From an uncultured Gemmatimonadaceae bacterium (GTDB lineage Bacteria > Gemmatimonadota > Gemmatimonadetes > Gemmatimonadales > Gemmatimonadaceae), in NCBI GenBank assembly GCA_963822945.1, contig CAWGJO010000021.1, forward strand, positions 1-64,000: DNA of 64,000 nucleotides, written 5' to 3'. Below are positions 61,861 through 64,000 of the stretch, piece by piece. Each line of letters opens with the position of its first letter. Position 1 is the stretch's first letter. The notes beneath the pieces were generated by a model. It had not been told where the DNA came from, ran no database searches, and saw nothing but the letters and a program-made list of their open reading frames with translations. The translations under genes and the position numbers were made by a program.

Positions 61861-61981
61861 GGGCCAACATGCTCGCCTTGCGCGACGGGCCCGTCACCGT
61901 TTTCGTGCATGTTGGACCCGCTCATCGTACCGCGGCCCCTCTGCCTGCCCGACCAATCGCTCCCTTCTCTTCTCCTCTCCG

Positions 61982-62482
61982 ATGCCATCCACATCCTCTT
62001 TCGACGTCACCACGGGGGTCGACCTCCAGGAAGTCGACAACGCCGTGAACCAAGCCCAGAAGGAGATCGCGCAGCGCTACGACTTCAAGGGCTCGAAGGC
62101 AACGATCGAGTTCAAGCGGGGGGAAGCGCTCCTCGCGCTCTCGGCCGATAACGACTTCCAGATGAAGTCGCTGTTCGACGTCGTTCAGACCCGCTTAATC
62201 AAACGCGGGGTGTCGGTCAAGAATCTGGATGTCGGGGAGATCAAACCTGCCGGAGGCGATACGGTGCGCCGAGACGTCAAGCTCAAGACGGCGCTCGACG
62301 CCGACACGGCAAAGAAGGTGGCCGCCGCCGTCAAGGCGGCCAAGCTCAAGAAGGTCCAGGCCGCCATACAGGGCGAACAGGTGCGGGTGAGCTCCCCCTC
62401 CAAGGATGACCTGCAGGCGGCGATGACGATCCTCAAGAGTCAGGACTTCGGGGTGGAACTCCAGTTCGGGAACTATCGCTGA
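61982..62482 (+). CDS. yajQ: YajQ family nucleotide / c-di-GMP-binding protein
   Basis: SFDV, EVDNAVNQ, RYDFKGS, KVQAAIQGEQVRV, LQFGNYR. Confidence 0.96.
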   Translation: MPSTSSFDVTTGVDLQEVDNAVNQAQKEIAQRYDFKGSKATIEFKRGEALLALSADNDFQMKSLFDVVQTRLIKRGVSVKNLDVGEIKPAGGDTVRRDVKLKTALDADTAKKVAAAVKAAKLKKVQAAIQGEQVRVSSPSKDDLQAAMTILKSQDFGVELQFGNYR

Positions 62483-62502
62483 TCCCGGCGATTTCCTGAT
62501 GT

Positions 62503-62614
62503 GACTGTCCGACTGTCCGACTGTCCGACTGTCCGACTGTCCGACTGTCCGACTGTCCGACTGTCCGACTGTCCGACTGTCCGACTGTCCGACTGTCCGA
62601 CTGTCCGACTGTCC
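62503..62614. repeat. Perfect tandem array (GACTGTCC)x14
   Basis: 112 bp = 14 x 8; the unit is the reverse complement of the 61409 array unit. Confidence 0.97.
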
Positions 62615-62620
62615 GCCTTC

Positions 62621-63481
62621 CTACCCGAGATAACTCTCCAGCGCCCTCGCCCGGCTCACGTGCCGCAGCCGGCTCAGCGCCTTCTCCTTGATCTGCCGCA
62701 CACGCTCCCGCGTGATGCCGAGTAGGGCGCCGATCTCCTCCAGCGTCATCGGCTCCGCCTGGTCGCCGAGGCCGAAGTAGAGGCGGAGAATCTTCGACTC
62801 CCGCTCCTTGAGGTGCGACAGGGCCTCCTCGATCGACTCGGTGAGCGCCTTCTCGAAGGTCTGCTCGTCGGGCGTGGGATTGAGGTTGTCGGGCAAATAG
62901 TCGAGGAGCTTATTGTCCTCGCCGGGCGTGAGGGGGGCATCGAGCGAGAGGTGGGTCTGCGAGATCGACATCGTCTTCGCGACTTCCTCTTCGGTGATGT
63001 CCATCCCGTCGGCGATCTCGGCGTGCGTGGCCTCGCGCCCCAGTTCCTGCAGCAGCACGTTGGCGCGCTTGCCGATGCGGTGGAGCGTGCCGGCCCGGTT
63101 GAGCGGCACGCGGACGATGCGCGACTGCTCGGCCAGGGCCTGCAGGATGGCCTGGCGAATCCACCAGACGGCGTACGAGATGAACTTGATGCCCTTGGTC
63201 TCGTCGAACTTGTGGGCGGCGCGAATGAGGCCGAGGTTGCCCTCGTTGATCAGGTCGGACAGCGACACGCCCTGGTTCTGGTACTTCTTGGCCACCGACA
63301 CCACGAACCGCAGGTTGGAGCGCACGAGCTTGTCGAGCGCCTCCTGGTCGTGCTTCCGGATCCGCTTGGCGAGCGCCACCTCTTCCTCACGCGAGATGAG
63401 TGGGTAGGCGCTGATGTCCCGCAGATACTGATCGAGAGAGCCTTCCTCGAACGACGTCTTCTTGGGGCCAGGCGTTGGCAT
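62621..63481 (-). CDS. RNA polymerase sigma-70 factor, RpoD/SigA family (regions 1.2-4, short form)
   Basis: YLRDI, NLRFVVSVAKKY, DLINEGNLGL, FISYAVWWIRQ, TRERVRQI. Confidence 0.95.
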   Translation of the reverse strand: MPTPGPKKTSFEEGSLDQYLRDISAYPLISREEEVALAKRIRKHDQEALDKLVRSNLRFVVSVAKKYQNQGVSLSDLINEGNLGLIRAAHKFDETKGIKFISYAVWWIRQAILQALAEQSRIVRVPLNRAGTLHRIGKRANVLLQELGREATHAEIADGMDITEEEVAKTMSISQTHLSLDAPLTPGEDNKLLDYLPDNLNPTPDEQTFEKALTESIEEALSHLKERESKILRLYFGLGDQAEPMTLEEIGALLGITRERVRQIKEKALSRLRHVSRARALESYLG

Positions 63482-63564
63482 GCGAACGACGACTCCTGGT
63501 AGCGACGAACGTCGGCGCCTATGCGCGCCGCCCGGACGGGAACACCACAGGTGGGATCATCACT

Positions 63565-64000
63565 TCAGCGTACGAACTCGCCCAGCCGCTTCCAGCGGAC
63601 GTGGGTCATCCAGGCGAAGGCCCGGTCCGACGAGTCCGGCGCGTAACTGTAATAGATCAGGATGGGACGGCCCGTGACAAGGGAGTCGGGCACGAATCCC
63701 CAATATCGGCTGTCGAGCGAGTCGTCGCGATTATCACCCAGGACGAAGTAATGCTTGGGCGGCACGACCAGCGGTCCCCAGTTGTTGCGCGACGGGTGGT
63801 AGCTCACCGCCGCCCCCGCGCTGCGCACCAGATAGTTCCGCTGCCACGTGAATTCCTCGCCCGACGGATCCATGTCGGGCGCCTCTCGCCGGACGTAGTT
63901 CTCCTTCACCATCCGGCCGTTGCGGATCAGGATGCCGTTGTGCATCGACAGCGTGTCGCCCGGCAGCCCGACCAGCCGTTTCACGAAGTTCTTGGTGGGG
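63565..64000 (-). CDS. lepB: Signal peptidase I (5' part lies outside the window)
   Basis: FVKRLVGLPGD, YFVLGDNRDDSLDSRYWGFVP. Confidence 0.93.
   Translation of the reverse strand, partial: PTKNFVKRLVGLPGDTLSMHNGILIRNGRMVKENYVRREAPDMDPSGEEFTWQRNYLVRSAGAAVSYHPSRNNWGPLVVPPKHYFVLGDNRDDSLDSRYWGFVPDSLVTGRPILIYYSYAPDSSDRAFAWMTHVRWKRLGEFVR

Noticed and set aside
61939..61954. Degenerate partner arm of the 61409 array upstream of the four-helix gene
   Set aside because: Only about 11/16 match, too weak in GC-rich DNA.
62503..62614. CRISPR array or small repeat protein (RLSDCPTV)n
   Set aside because: No spacers or cas genes; the ORF is just the translation of an 8-nt repeat.

Overview
High-GC core-genome segment, most likely from a Gemmatimonadota bacterium (inferred from gene content and order, not from a database search). 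It holds about 60 mostly housekeeping genes: ispE-tRNA-Gln-prs-rplY-pth-ychF, rpsF-rpsR-DUF2232-rplI-rsfS, smc, aroF, lolA, rpmE-prfA-prmC-tmk, lnt, hemL, rimO, yajQ, a sigma-70 factor, lepB and others. About a dozen genes carry frameshifts that look like long-read indel errors. There is no CRISPR array, prophage or transposase. The most striking signal is two divergent (about 40% identical) four-helix-bundle genes (TIGR02436 / 23S_rRNA_IVP, bAvd-like fold), each in a housekeeping region and bracketed by inverted arms built from 7- or 8-nt units. The first lies antisense between pth and ychF, inside a 44-bp inverted repeat with 7-nt periodicity. The second lies, together with yajQ, between oppositely oriented (GGACAGTC)n arrays. 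Gene-free hairpins made of such short units also occur at 2710, 5502, 22004 and 51315, and a 7-nt-periodic patch sits in frame inside a CDS at 10118. Together these suggest a candidate transposase-less family of stem-bounded, intervening-sequence-like elements. Other points of interest are a JAB-DinG fusion, a His-less multi-Hpt protein, a DUF929-VKOR pair and a CRP box on the crp stop codon upstream of a metallo-beta-lactamase-fold gene.
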